The position numbers were made by a program, and so were the translations under genes. Under the pieces are notes generated by a model. The model ran no database searches. It saw only the letters and a list, made by a program, of their open reading frames with translations, and was not told the DNA's origin. This document shows positions 17,126 through 26,752 of a DNA stretch of 64,000 nt, in pieces. This stretch comes from Desulfuromonadales bacterium (GTDB taxonomy: Bacteria; Desulfobacterota; Desulfuromonadia; Desulfuromonadales; JAAYDE01), in NCBI GenBank assembly GCA_963665045.2, contig CAXXJQ010000006.1, forward strand, positions 375,053-439,052, in the 5' to 3' direction. Each line of letters begins with the position of its first letter. Within the stretch, counting starts at the first letter, position 1.

Positions 17126-18170
17126 ACCGAAAAAATCGAAGCGCCGGGCAATACTTATCTCCCTGATTGTGTCCTTGGCCATTCTCGCCTGGGGACTTGC
17201 CACCGTGGAGGGAATGAGCTTTGAGGTGCTTACCCGCCAACTCCTCCTGCCCCTGTGCCGTCTTTTGGCCATTATCGCCCTCGGCCTTGCAGTCGGCGAA
17301 ATCATCGAAGCTTCTGGCTGGACCCGGCGCCTCGGGGTAATTGCCCGGCCGGCTTTTCGTTTCGCCAGACTTGGGGATCACTGTGGCGCAACCTTCAGCG
17401 CGGCTTTTTTTTCCGGCACAGCAGCCAACACCATGCTGGCCGGTTTTTTTCAGGATGGCAAGATTTGCAAAAAGCAGCTTTTCCTGACCAACCTGCTGAA
17501 CCACTTCCCCGCCTATTTTCTCCACCTGCCGACGACCTTGTTCATCGTCATTCCCCTCACCGGCAAAGCCGGGGGGCTCTATTTCCTACTGACCTTTTCA
17601 GCCCTGCTCCTGCGCTGCAGCGGCATTCTTGTTTTCGGCCACATCTTTCTGCCCAAGAACCCTGAATCGGACCCCGATTCTGCCGCCAGACCTTTTCAAG
17701 CCGCTGAAAAGCAGCCAAAAGCAGCTTTTCTGGCCCGCATCCGGGACAAACTGCCCAACAGAATGATCGGCATAGCCGTCTACGTAATCCCGGTTTACAG
17801 TGCTGTTTTTGTCCTCAACACATTGGGCCTGTTCAATCTCGCCAGAGATTGGCTGGCCGCCTTCATCACCCATTCATTTATTCCCGTTGAGTCGCTTTCC
17901 GTGGTGGTTATCAGCTTTGCCGCCGAATTCACATCCGGCTTCGCGGCGGCCGGAGCGCTCATGGACGCCGGGGTGCTAACCGTCAAACAAACGGCCCTGG
18001 CCCTTCTCGTCGGCAACATCGTCGCCTTTCCCATGCGTGCTTTACGGCACCAACTCCCCAGGTACATTGGGATCTTTTCTCCGCGAATCGGCCTGGAGCT
18101 TCTGCTTCTGGGGCAGGGCCTGAGGGTTGTCAGTTTAATCCTTGCCGGAGTAGTCTTCTGGCTTATTTAA
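17115..18170 (+). CDS. polytopic membrane protein (possibly nucleoside-recognition/Gate-domain family)
   Basis: Overlaps the stop of the binding-protein gene by 11 nt. About 8-10 hydrophobic segments. The family call is only an impression from GEIIEASGW..ARP..LG..CGATFSAAFFSGTAANTML. Confidence 0.6.
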   Translation: MANKPKKSKRRAILISLIVSLAILAWGLATVEGMSFEVLTRQLLLPLCRLLAIIALGLAVGEIIEASGWTRRLGVIARPAFRFARLGDHCGATFSAAFFSGTAANTMLAGFFQDGKICKKQLFLTNLLNHFPAYFLHLPTTLFIVIPLTGKAGGLYFLLTFSALLLRCSGILVFGHIFLPKNPESDPDSAARPFQAAEKQPKAAFLARIRDKLPNRMIGIAVYVIPVYSAVFVLNTLGLFNLARDWLAAFITHSFIPVESLSVVVISFAAEFTSGFAAAGALMDAGVLTVKQTALALLVGNIVAFPMRALRHQLPRYIGIFSPRIGLELLLLGQGLRVVSLILAGVVFWLI

Positions 18171-18353
18171 CACCCGGTCTTTGCAATTTCCTTTTTTTTG
18201 ATTACTATTAAAACAAAATTTTTCCTTTCTGCCCTGAACGTAAATCCACACCAACGGTCGAAATCTCGAAATTCCTCGCTGCCAGGCAGATGATTATTTT
18301 GGAAACCCTTATTCCTGCAAACACAGACCCTTCTTTGGGAAAGTAACGTTATT

Positions 18354-19502
18354 TTGAAAAGTCTCCTTTCCATAAGATACATATTCCGAGGATTAATTGT
18401 CCTGGTTATTGCTCCTGCAATGATCTGTCTTTTTTCTGCCCACACGTGGGGAGAAACCAAACCTGTTCTGAATAAAGGAAAGAAATGGCGTATCGGATAT
18501 TATGAAGGCGGCCCCTACTCGGAATATGGCAAAACCATGAAAACCCTGATTGAAGGGTTGATGGATCTGGGCTGGATTGAAAAACAAACCCTTCCGGAAT
18601 TTAAAGGTGATACCGTCAAACCATACTGGAGCTGGCTGGTCCATAACCCTGGGAACTATCTCTCTTTTTCTCCTCATAACGCCTATTCGGCAGACTGGGA
18701 TGAAAACACCAGAAAAGAGGTCAAGACCAAGTTATTGAAAAAGTTAAAAAGTGGGTCCCTCGACCTGGTTATCGCCATGGGGACCTGGGCTGGTCAGGAT
18801 CTGGCCAACAACCAGCATAACATCCCCACCATAGTCCTTTCGACCTCCGACCCGATCAAGGCCGGTATTATCAAAAGTGTTGAGGACTCGGGCCTGGACC
18901 ATGTAACGGCCCGAGTCGATCCGTCCCGATATTTGAGACAGCTGCGTATGTTCCACAGACTTGTCGGTTTTAAAAAGCTTGGGGTAGCCTATGAGGATAC
19001 TGCGGATGGCCGGATATATTCAGTATTAGATGAAATCAACCAGGTGGCGGCGGAAAGAGGCTTCGACGTCGTTAAATGCACCATCGTTGAAACCAACGTC
19101 GAGGATAGCATTGCCGACGAATCCTGCAACCAATGCTACCAGCAATTGAGCCGGCAGGCTGACGCCGTCTATATTACCCCGCTGACTTGCGTTGATCGGC
19201 AAGTAGAAAATTATGTTAAAATATTTAATGCTCACAAAACACCAACTTTTTCTCTCGTCGGCTCAGTATTGGTCAAAAGAGGTGTGCTTCTCAGCATTTC
19301 CAGCGACTCCGGCTACGACAAGCAGGGAACCTATAATGCCGAGAAAATCGCCGCAATCCTTAACGGAGCCAAACCGAGGACGTTGAAACAAATGCTGGCG
19401 GACCCTCTTGATATATCTATCAATCTGAATACGGCAAAAAAGATAGATTTCCCGGTTCCCGAAAGCCTTTTGAAAATTGCCAGAGAGATCTATGCTCAAT
19501 AA
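18354..19502 (+). CDS. periplasmic solute-binding-like protein (ABC_sub_bind/BMP-like), partner of the downstream histidine kinase
   Basis: TTG start with a signal/anchor segment. KWRIGYYEGGPYSEYGKTMKTLIEGLMDLGWI, DLVIAMGTWAGQD and IPTIVLSTSDP resemble PF04392-type proteins. The 3' end overlaps the kinase start. Confidence 0.6.
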   Translation: MKSLLSIRYIFRGLIVLVIAPAMICLFSAHTWGETKPVLNKGKKWRIGYYEGGPYSEYGKTMKTLIEGLMDLGWIEKQTLPEFKGDTVKPYWSWLVHNPGNYLSFSPHNAYSADWDENTRKEVKTKLLKKLKSGSLDLVIAMGTWAGQDLANNQHNIPTIVLSTSDPIKAGIIKSVEDSGLDHVTARVDPSRYLRQLRMFHRLVGFKKLGVAYEDTADGRIYSVLDEINQVAAERGFDVVKCTIVETNVEDSIADESCNQCYQQLSRQADAVYITPLTCVDRQVENYVKIFNAHKTPTFSLVGSVLVKRGVLLSISSDSGYDKQGTYNAEKIAAILNGAKPRTLKQMLADPLDISINLNTAKKIDFPVPESLLKIAREIYAQ

Positions 19503-21270
19503 AAACAATATTCGTCCTCTGGGATACACAATCATTCTAATTTTCTGCTGCTGCTATTGGGTTCTTGACAGCCTCTGGTCCAGTTTTTCCTACGAGTCGA
19601 ACCTGAAATATCTCATTTTCACTGAGCCATCTTCTCTCCTTGACACCTTCCTGCTCAAGGTACCCCCTTACCAAATGGTTTCCCGCCTCATTACCGTGGC
19701 CCTGTTCCTCATTGCAGGCGCTGTTATTATCGAATTTATGAAAAAAATGCAGGCCGCCAAGGACGAGAGCCGGGAAGCGCAAGAGACCCTTCTGACCATC
19801 CTTGACAGTATCGATGTCAGCATCTCCGTAACGGACATGGAAAGCCATGAAATCCTCTTCATAAATAAAAAAATGAAGGACGCCCTCGGTGCGGACCTGA
19901 CAGGGCAAATTTGTTCCCCAGAGCTGCAGCACATAGGTCTGCCGTGTCCCGATGGCACAAACAAAAAATTGAGTGATGACCAAGGCAATTTGAAAGATGT
20001 CTATATCTGGGAAGAGAAAAACCCCAAAACAGGTCAATATTTCATCAACCATGACCGGGCCATTCAATGGATAGATGGCCGGCAGGTGTATCTTCAAATA
20101 TCCACCGACATAACCCAGATCAAGAACATGGAGGAAAACCTGCGCCAGGCCCAGAAGATGGAAGCCCTGGGGACCCTTGCGGGAGGGATCGCTCACGATT
20201 TCAACAATATTCTGACATCGGTTGTCGGTTTTTCTCAGCTGGCCATGGCCGATGCCGAACCGGACTCCAAACAGTACGAACGGCTCAAGGAAATTTTCCA
20301 GGCAGGAATCCGAGCCAGCGATTTGGTCCAGCAGATCCTGACCTTCGCACGTAAAACCGATATGGAACTTAAGCCTGTGCAAATCAGCCCGCTTCTTAAG
20401 GAAACTATCAAGTTCCTGCGGTCCACTCTTCCCGCTTCCATAGAGATTTCCAGCGATATCGATTCAGAGCAATTTACCCTGGCGGACCCGGCTCAGCTTC
20501 ATCAGGTTATGATCAATCTCGCCACCAACGCAGCAGAAGCCATGCGCCAAGGTGGAGGCAAGCTTCATTTCGTTCTGACCGAACAGTTCCTGGATAAAAA
20601 CCTTCCCGGTAAGGACTCCCCAACTCCCGGCAATTACATTCAGCTAACGGTTAAGGATACGGGGCCGGGTATCCCGGAAGAAGTTTTAGATAAAATTTTT
20701 GACCCCTATTTTTCAACCAAAGAAAAATGGCAAGGCGGTGGCTTGGGCCTTTCCGCCACCCAGGGAATCGTTCATGAGTTGAAGGGTGCTATCCAGGTTT
20801 CCAGCAGCCCTGGCGAAGGAACCCAATTCGACGTTTTTTTTCCAATAGCTCCATCTCTGAAAGCCGGCAGCTCAACCGGCGCGCTTAAAACTCTGACAGG
20901 AGAAGAACACCTCCTTGTGGTGGACGACGAACCGTCTATTCTCAAGATGGTCCAACAGATGCTCAGCAGACTTGGGTACATTGTGGCTATCGAGGAGAGT
21001 TCCAAAAGCGCTTTGGAGTTGTTTCAAAGCGACCCTGACAGGTTCGCCCTGGTTCTGACCGATATGTCCATGCCCGGCATGAACGGTGATAAACTCGCGC
21101 AAGAAATGCTTAACATCAGGCCCAACATCAAAATCATCCTCTGCACTGGTTACAGCGACCAGATCGACACCGCCGGCAGCCGGAAACTCGGCATAAGTGC
21201 CATGGCCAGAAAACCCCTCATGAGAGACCCCCTCGCTGAACTCGTTCGCAAAGTTCTGGACGAAGACTGA
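19492..21270 (+). CDS. hybrid sensor histidine kinase/response regulator (TM-PAS-HisKA-HATPase-REC)
   Basis: H-box GGIAHDFNNILTSV, N/G boxes NLATNAAEAM and DTGPGIPEEV..GGGLGLS. C-terminal receiver LLVVDDEPSI...VLTDMSMPGMNG. ATG at 19492; the track alternative is 19477. Confidence 0.9.
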   Translation: MLNKNNIRPLGYTIILIFCCCYWVLDSLWSSFSYESNLKYLIFTEPSSLLDTFLLKVPPYQMVSRLITVALFLIAGAVIIEFMKKMQAAKDESREAQETLLTILDSIDVSISVTDMESHEILFINKKMKDALGADLTGQICSPELQHIGLPCPDGTNKKLSDDQGNLKDVYIWEEKNPKTGQYFINHDRAIQWIDGRQVYLQISTDITQIKNMEENLRQAQKMEALGTLAGGIAHDFNNILTSVVGFSQLAMADAEPDSKQYERLKEIFQAGIRASDLVQQILTFARKTDMELKPVQISPLLKETIKFLRSTLPASIEISSDIDSEQFTLADPAQLHQVMINLATNAAEAMRQGGGKLHFVLTEQFLDKNLPGKDSPTPGNYIQLTVKDTGPGIPEEVLDKIFDPYFSTKEKWQGGGLGLSATQGIVHELKGAIQVSSSPGEGTQFDVFFPIAPSLKAGSSTGALKTLTGEEHLLVVDDEPSILKMVQQMLSRLGYIVAIEESSKSALELFQSDPDRFALVLTDMSMPGMNGDKLAQEMLNIRPNIKIILCTGYSDQIDTAGSRKLGISAMARKPLMRDPLAELVRKVLDED

Positions 21271-21725
21271 ATCCCAAAAGTGCCGAACAGCGCCTTTTCT
21301 TTAACCTGCATCCGTGGATTGGGGCGGGAAAAGAGAGAGAGTGCTTGAACTGATAGATTAAAATCTGATTAAAAATTTAAAACAATTTCACCTTCGAACC
21401 TTAAAACTTAAAACCTTTATTATTTGATTATTTTTTTGCTATTATTCACAAGCTGTTAAGACCAAAATGAAAATATAAATGCTTTTTTATTACCCCAATT
21501 TGTTGCTTGAAATATCGCCCCCAAAATTCGCCTAAGAGTTTTTAGCGATAACCTGATTCCATAAGCCGTTAGCGGGAGAGAAATGACACTGTCAGACCTG
21601 AAAAACAGAAAAAATCTTTGTAGAGGTAACGCTTGATCGACAATTTCGAAGATGCAATGGTATTTCAATGCTTTGGGCAATAACCCAATCGAAGTTCACG
21701 GATATATTTAAAAAGGCATAAACCT

Positions 21726-23540
21726 ATGAAGGAAACATTCCCTTTCAGCCTGCCCCAAAGCTCTTCGGCGGAAAAATATAAAATCCTTGTCATTGATGAC
21801 GAAAAACACGCCCGCATGGTTCTTGAAGACTTTCTGGACGATGCCGGTTTTGATGTTCTAAAAGCTGAAAATGGCAAAGAAGGCCTCGACCTCATCCAGC
21901 AGGAAAACCCTGACGTAGTCTTGACTGATATACGTATGCCGGTTATGGATGGCCTTGCCGTCGTCGAAGCAATGCAGGACGTCGCCCCTTTGACCCCCGT
22001 CATCATCGTTTCCGGAGAGGGCGTCATGGACAATGTCATCAGTGCCTTGAGACTTGGCGCCTGGGATTATATTTTAAAACCAATCCGCGACCTGGAAGTC
22101 CTCAGACAAACCATTCACAGGTCTCTGGAAAGATCTTCCCAGCTACAATTTGAAAAAAGCTATCAGGATCACCTTGAAGAGGAGGTCAGAGAGAAAACAG
22201 CGCGACTCAAAGCGGAGGTTTTTGCCAAAGAGATCGCCCAGCGTCAGGTGGAACACGAGGCTTATCACGATTCTCTAACCCAAATGGGGAACCGCCTTCT
22301 ATGCATGAAGGAGCTGGAAAAAATCCACTTGCAGGGCCGGACGGACCACTATATCGGGTTTCTTTATTTCGATGTTCGCTCCCTGAAAAATATCAACGAC
22401 GCCTATGGTTATTCTTTCGGGGACACACTCCTTATTTATATCGCCGACCGGCTTTACGGCTCCATCCCGGAAAAAACAAAAATTTACCGAATGGGCGGCG
22501 ACGAGTTTGCGGTCTTCCTGGAGGGCGAACAGGAAGAGGTCGTTTACCTGGCCAATTCCGTTTGCGATTCAGTAAAACAGCCCTATCAGATAGGCAACGA
22601 AGCTGTTAACGTCAGCTTCGCTTTTGGCCTCACCTTGAGTTCGAATCCGGCCATCATTGCCGAAAAACTGATCAACGAGGCAACCTTCGCTCATCTGCAG
22701 GCCAAGAGAAACGCTGCCGGCAATGTCATCGTTTACGACGACAGCCTCCACAAAAAACACTTACGGCGCCTTTCCCTCGAAAAAGAGATGCCCACTGCTT
22801 TGGCTGCAGGTGAGTTCTCCATGTCTTTTCAGCCCATTGTCAACATCAAATCCCAAAGCCTCTATGGATTTGAAGGCCTCCTGCGTTGGAATAATGTTCG
22901 AGAAGGTTTCGTAAGTCCCGAAGAATTTATCATCATTTCTGAAGAAAACGGCTTCATTGCAGAGCTTGGAGAATGGGCCCTCAATCACGCCTGCCAGTTT
23001 TGGAAAAAATCGGGCCTGGCAGAGAAGGGCCTGACCCTGTCGGTCAATATTTCCAGCAAGCAGTTCCGCCATCAAGGCCTGGTGAGCAGGTTTCACAACA
23101 TCATCGAAGGGTCCGGCATCTCTTTCGATAAACTGGTCCTCGAAATAACCGAAAGTGCCCTGATGACCCATGTGGAGGAAACGGCCAGAAAACTCGGGGA
23201 CTTCCGAAAACACAAAATCAAAATCGCCATCGATGATTTCGGAACGGGCTATTCATCACTGAAATATCTCAGTGATTTTCCCGTCGACAGCATAAAGATC
23301 GACATGAGTTACGTACAAAAAATGGAAAACAACCCGAAAATTTACGAACTGATCAAAATCATGGCCAGAATTGCCGGGGTATTCGGTATGGATCTCATCG
23401 GAGAAGGGGTCGAGACAAGGGTTCAGCGGGATCTTTTGAACCAGATAGGCTGTTACCTGCAGCAGGGGTATCTCTACTCAAAACCTATACCTGAGAAAGA
23501 CGTGGTCGGTTTTTGCAACAATTTCACGCAGAAATTTTAG
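21726..23540 (+). CDS. response regulator with GGDEF and EAL domains (c-di-GMP turnover)
   Basis: Receiver ILVIDDE..VLTDIRMPVMDG, GGDEF motif RMGGDEFAV, EAL-domain blocks FEGLLRW, EITES and DDFGTGYSSL. Confidence 0.9.
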   Translation: MKETFPFSLPQSSSAEKYKILVIDDEKHARMVLEDFLDDAGFDVLKAENGKEGLDLIQQENPDVVLTDIRMPVMDGLAVVEAMQDVAPLTPVIIVSGEGVMDNVISALRLGAWDYILKPIRDLEVLRQTIHRSLERSSQLQFEKSYQDHLEEEVREKTARLKAEVFAKEIAQRQVEHEAYHDSLTQMGNRLLCMKELEKIHLQGRTDHYIGFLYFDVRSLKNINDAYGYSFGDTLLIYIADRLYGSIPEKTKIYRMGGDEFAVFLEGEQEEVVYLANSVCDSVKQPYQIGNEAVNVSFAFGLTLSSNPAIIAEKLINEATFAHLQAKRNAAGNVIVYDDSLHKKHLRRLSLEKEMPTALAAGEFSMSFQPIVNIKSQSLYGFEGLLRWNNVREGFVSPEEFIIISEENGFIAELGEWALNHACQFWKKSGLAEKGLTLSVNISSKQFRHQGLVSRFHNIIEGSGISFDKLVLEITESALMTHVEETARKLGDFRKHKIKIAIDDFGTGYSSLKYLSDFPVDSIKIDMSYVQKMENNPKIYELIKIMARIAGVFGMDLIGEGVETRVQRDLLNQIGCYLQQGYLYSKPIPEKDVVGFCNNFTQKF

Positions 23541-23944
23541 TTTTAACCCTTCATAAGGATTTAAATCCGCGGGTCTATATAAAGCTGTCCTCTAAAGTAA
23601 TCTTCAGGGACTCTTTATTTAACGGCTGACTCCCAAACTTGGGATTAAGCTCTCACGGGTGTCTCCTTTTCTCCAACAATCCACATTTAGTCACCGTTTT
23701 CCAAACAGGCAATACCTTTTTTGCAAAAAAAATAGGGCCCCAAATCTTAACACCCGGTAGCGCTGATCCATAAATTGTGCGATCCTCTGCCAGAATTCTC
23801 CAGCCAAAACAATGTCGTTACTTTTCTTTTTTAAGAATCTGACGGAAAAAGGAACTTTTTTCCACAAAAACCGGGTTCTTGTTATAATTAGCAAATTTCA
23901 AAAAAATTCACACCCTTTTGCCATGTTGATTTTGAGGAAATGCC

Positions 23945-26632
23945 ATGAAATTATCGATTAAATGGGTTCTCATCGGCGGCTTTCTGGGGCTTCTTCTGCT
24001 GTCCATCACCACCATTCTCGCCTCTTCTTATCTGACTTCGGAAAAGATTCTTCAAGGCCACGCCAAGGATATCATGGAAAACATCGCCACCCTGACCGTC
24101 CAGGAATCGCAGGGATACCTCAATCCGGCCCGAAGCGCGGTCCAGCTGACCCAGCGCCTGGCCAGAAGCGAGGTGATCAAAAGCGAGGACAAGGGCCTGA
24201 TGGAGCGATATTTTTATGAACAGCTCTCCCTTTATCCGCAAATTTCCGGAATATATTTTGGCAATCCCAAAGGCGAATTCACATTTGTCATGAGAAACAA
24301 CTCGAAATTCGAGGGAGGCTACCGAACAAAACTGATCACCGTCAACGAGAATAGTCGAACGGTGGAACTGATCTGGAAAGATGCCCGGCAGCAGGAGTTC
24401 CTGCGGGAATTCGATCAGGAAGACGCCTACGACCCCAGGCAGAGGCCCTGGTACATCGATGCCAAGAAAAACGGTAAGCTGATCTGGACCCGTCCCTATA
24501 TTTTTTATACTTCGCAGAAGCCGGGCCTGACCGTCGCCAGCCCGGTGCTAAGAAATGAGGGTGTAATTCATGGTGTTATCGGTGTAGATATTGAGATCGA
24601 TGAAATTTCCAATTTTTTATCCAAGCTCAAGGTCGGGAAAAACGGCCAGGCATTCATCCTCAGCCGTCATGGCGATGTCATCGCCTTTCCTGATATGAAG
24701 AAACTACGTCATCCCACAGGAGAAGGAAACACGACCTTCCGCCTGACCAAAATCAACGAACTTGACAGTGTTCTTTCCCAAAAAGCTTTTGCTTCGCTAG
24801 AGCGCCCAGTGGAAAATTTCGATCTGGTCAAACCTGTTTTCACATCCTTCATCCATGAGGGCGAGAATTACCATGCCATGTTCACCCCTTTTGAAAGCCG
24901 CCAATGGCCCTGGGTCATCGGCATCTATCTTCCGGAAAATGATTATTTGGGCCCCATCAAAAAGAATCGTCTTTTCAACATTTATCTTGGTCTTGGAATA
25001 GCCGCTTTTGCCACCCTCATCGGATTGTTGATTGCCCGCAGCATCGCGAGACCCATGAAGGCGTTACAAGAAGAAGCTCACGCCATAAAAAGTTTCAAAC
25101 TGGGGTCAATCTTCCAGGAAAAAAGCTTCATCAAGGAGATTCAGGATACGACTCAGTCCTTTTCCCAGATGAAGATCGGCCTGGAGGAATCAAAGAAGAA
25201 AAATGATGAACTGACCGAGGGCCTGGAAAAACAGGCGGAACTGCTCAGAAAGAAGGAATTACAGCTTCGTGCCAGTTTTTCCAGCCTGCTTAATTTTTCC
25301 GATGCCCTGATCGTCCTCGATGAAACCCACCATGTCTGCTTTATCAATCCCGCAGCAGAAATATTGCTGAAAATCAATCCTACAAATATCCTGGGAAAAC
25401 CATTGCCCTTTGAAACCAGGGAAAATGGCAAAACGGAGATAAAAATTACCACGGGAAGCGAAACCACCCTGACAGCGGAAATGTCGGTCGTTGGTATCGA
25501 GTGGGAGGGGCAGAAAGCCCAACTGGTTTCGTTACGGGACATCTCGGAACAAAAACAGGCTGAAAAATCACTTAACGAATCAAATCGTATCCTTAAAAAG
25601 ACTGTATTCGAGTTGGCTCAAAGGGAAAAACAGCTCAAATCCATCAGCAAAATGGCGGAATTTTTTCAAGTCTGCACAACCGAAAAGGAAGTGATGAAAA
25701 TCATTTCTCAAAACATGGAACTTCTGTTTCCGGTTGATGCCGGGGCCGTTTACCTCCTGGACAAAAGTTCCAGAATTTTTTCCTGCATTCACACCTGGGG
25801 CAATCCTGGACTTTCCTTGAACAGCTTTCCGCCGGAGCAGTGCTGGGCACTTAAAAAAGACCAGCCTTATGTGGTGATAGCTGAGAAGAGCAGGCTTCTC
25901 TGCGAACATGTGAAGGACGAGTTGTCCACCCATGATTTTCTTTGCCTGCCAATTTCCAGTCACCAGGGGCAGCTGGGCCTTCTCCATCTTCAGTTGAAAC
26001 ACCCGGGCCTCGAAAATCCCACCGAGTCATCTGCTTTGTCGGCGAATTCGCTCAGAGAACTGGGTGTTGCCGCCGCCGAACACATTGCTTTGGCGTTAAC
26101 CAACGTCCGTCTCCAGGAAGAACTTCACGCCCTGGCCATTCTGGACCCTTTGACCGGCCTCTACAATCGCCGTTATATGCAGGAATACCTTGAGCAGGAG
26201 ATCTCTCGTGCGGCCAGGATACAGGGAAGCATCGGAATTGTTCTTCTCGACATTGACCATTTCAAGAAGCTTAACGACCACTATGGCCACGATGCCGGCG
26301 ATAAGGTTCTTGAAAGACTGGCCTCGGTCCTTCAGTCTCAGATTCGCGAAGGGGATATCTGCTGCCGCTATGGCGGAGAGGAGTTTCTCCTCATTCTTCC
26401 GGGTAGCGGTTACCAAGCAACCATGGAAAGGGCCGAAACATTGCGCAAGGTGGTCAGCCAGACACAATTTCATTATGAAGGAACAAACCTCGGTTCGCTG
26501 ACCATTTCTTTGGGGGTTTCGGCCTATCCCAAGTACGGGAATAGCTCGGAGACCCTGATCCGTGCCGCCGACCAGTCCATGTACGAGGCCAAAGTCAAAG
26601 GCCGCAACCTGGTTCAGGGCCAGAATGCCTGA
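23945..26632 (+). CDS. membrane diguanylate cyclase with dCache, HAMP, PAS and GAF domains
   Basis: N-terminal TM. dCache-like RPWYIDAKKNG..GVIGVDIEIDEI..NGQAFILSRHGDVIAFPD. Second TM plus HAMP, PAS (LIVLDETHHVCFINPAAE), GAF-like region, and GGDEF domain with RYGGEEFLLIL. Confidence 0.9.
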   Translation: MKLSIKWVLIGGFLGLLLLSITTILASSYLTSEKILQGHAKDIMENIATLTVQESQGYLNPARSAVQLTQRLARSEVIKSEDKGLMERYFYEQLSLYPQISGIYFGNPKGEFTFVMRNNSKFEGGYRTKLITVNENSRTVELIWKDARQQEFLREFDQEDAYDPRQRPWYIDAKKNGKLIWTRPYIFYTSQKPGLTVASPVLRNEGVIHGVIGVDIEIDEISNFLSKLKVGKNGQAFILSRHGDVIAFPDMKKLRHPTGEGNTTFRLTKINELDSVLSQKAFASLERPVENFDLVKPVFTSFIHEGENYHAMFTPFESRQWPWVIGIYLPENDYLGPIKKNRLFNIYLGLGIAAFATLIGLLIARSIARPMKALQEEAHAIKSFKLGSIFQEKSFIKEIQDTTQSFSQMKIGLEESKKKNDELTEGLEKQAELLRKKELQLRASFSSLLNFSDALIVLDETHHVCFINPAAEILLKINPTNILGKPLPFETRENGKTEIKITTGSETTLTAEMSVVGIEWEGQKAQLVSLRDISEQKQAEKSLNESNRILKKTVFELAQREKQLKSISKMAEFFQVCTTEKEVMKIISQNMELLFPVDAGAVYLLDKSSRIFSCIHTWGNPGLSLNSFPPEQCWALKKDQPYVVIAEKSRLLCEHVKDELSTHDFLCLPISSHQGQLGLLHLQLKHPGLENPTESSALSANSLRELGVAAAEHIALALTNVRLQEELHALAILDPLTGLYNRRYMQEYLEQEISRAARIQGSIGIVLLDIDHFKKLNDHYGHDAGDKVLERLASVLQSQIREGDICCRYGGEEFLLILPGSGYQATMERAETLRKVVSQTQFHYEGTNLGSLTISLGVSAYPKYGNSSETLIRAADQSMYEAKVKGRNLVQGQNA

Positions 26633-26652
26633 TTGACGCATTCTCGACCATT

Positions 26653-26692
26653 AAAAAGCCGAAGGAACATCATGGTTCCTTCGGCTTTTTTG
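26653..26692. terminator. bidirectional intrinsic terminator between convergent genes
   Basis: AAAAAGCCGAAGGAAC-loop-GTTCCTTCGGCTTTTTT. An A-tract precedes and a T-tract follows the GC-rich stem. Confidence 0.85.
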
Positions 26693-26752
26693 TCTATAAA
26701 ATATTGCGTTTTTCTCGCTGACAATCAGGCAGGTCTTCCTTGCCAAACAGCC

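Noticed and set aside
21271-21725. Sigma54-like TGG..N..TGC strings in AT-rich intergenic regions. Examples are TGGTATTTCAATGCTT near 21658 and TGGCACAAAGGGTGA near 29502.
   Set aside because: The spacing between the GG and GC elements is off by one, or the -12 TTGC is missing. AT-rich DNA gives many such near-matches.
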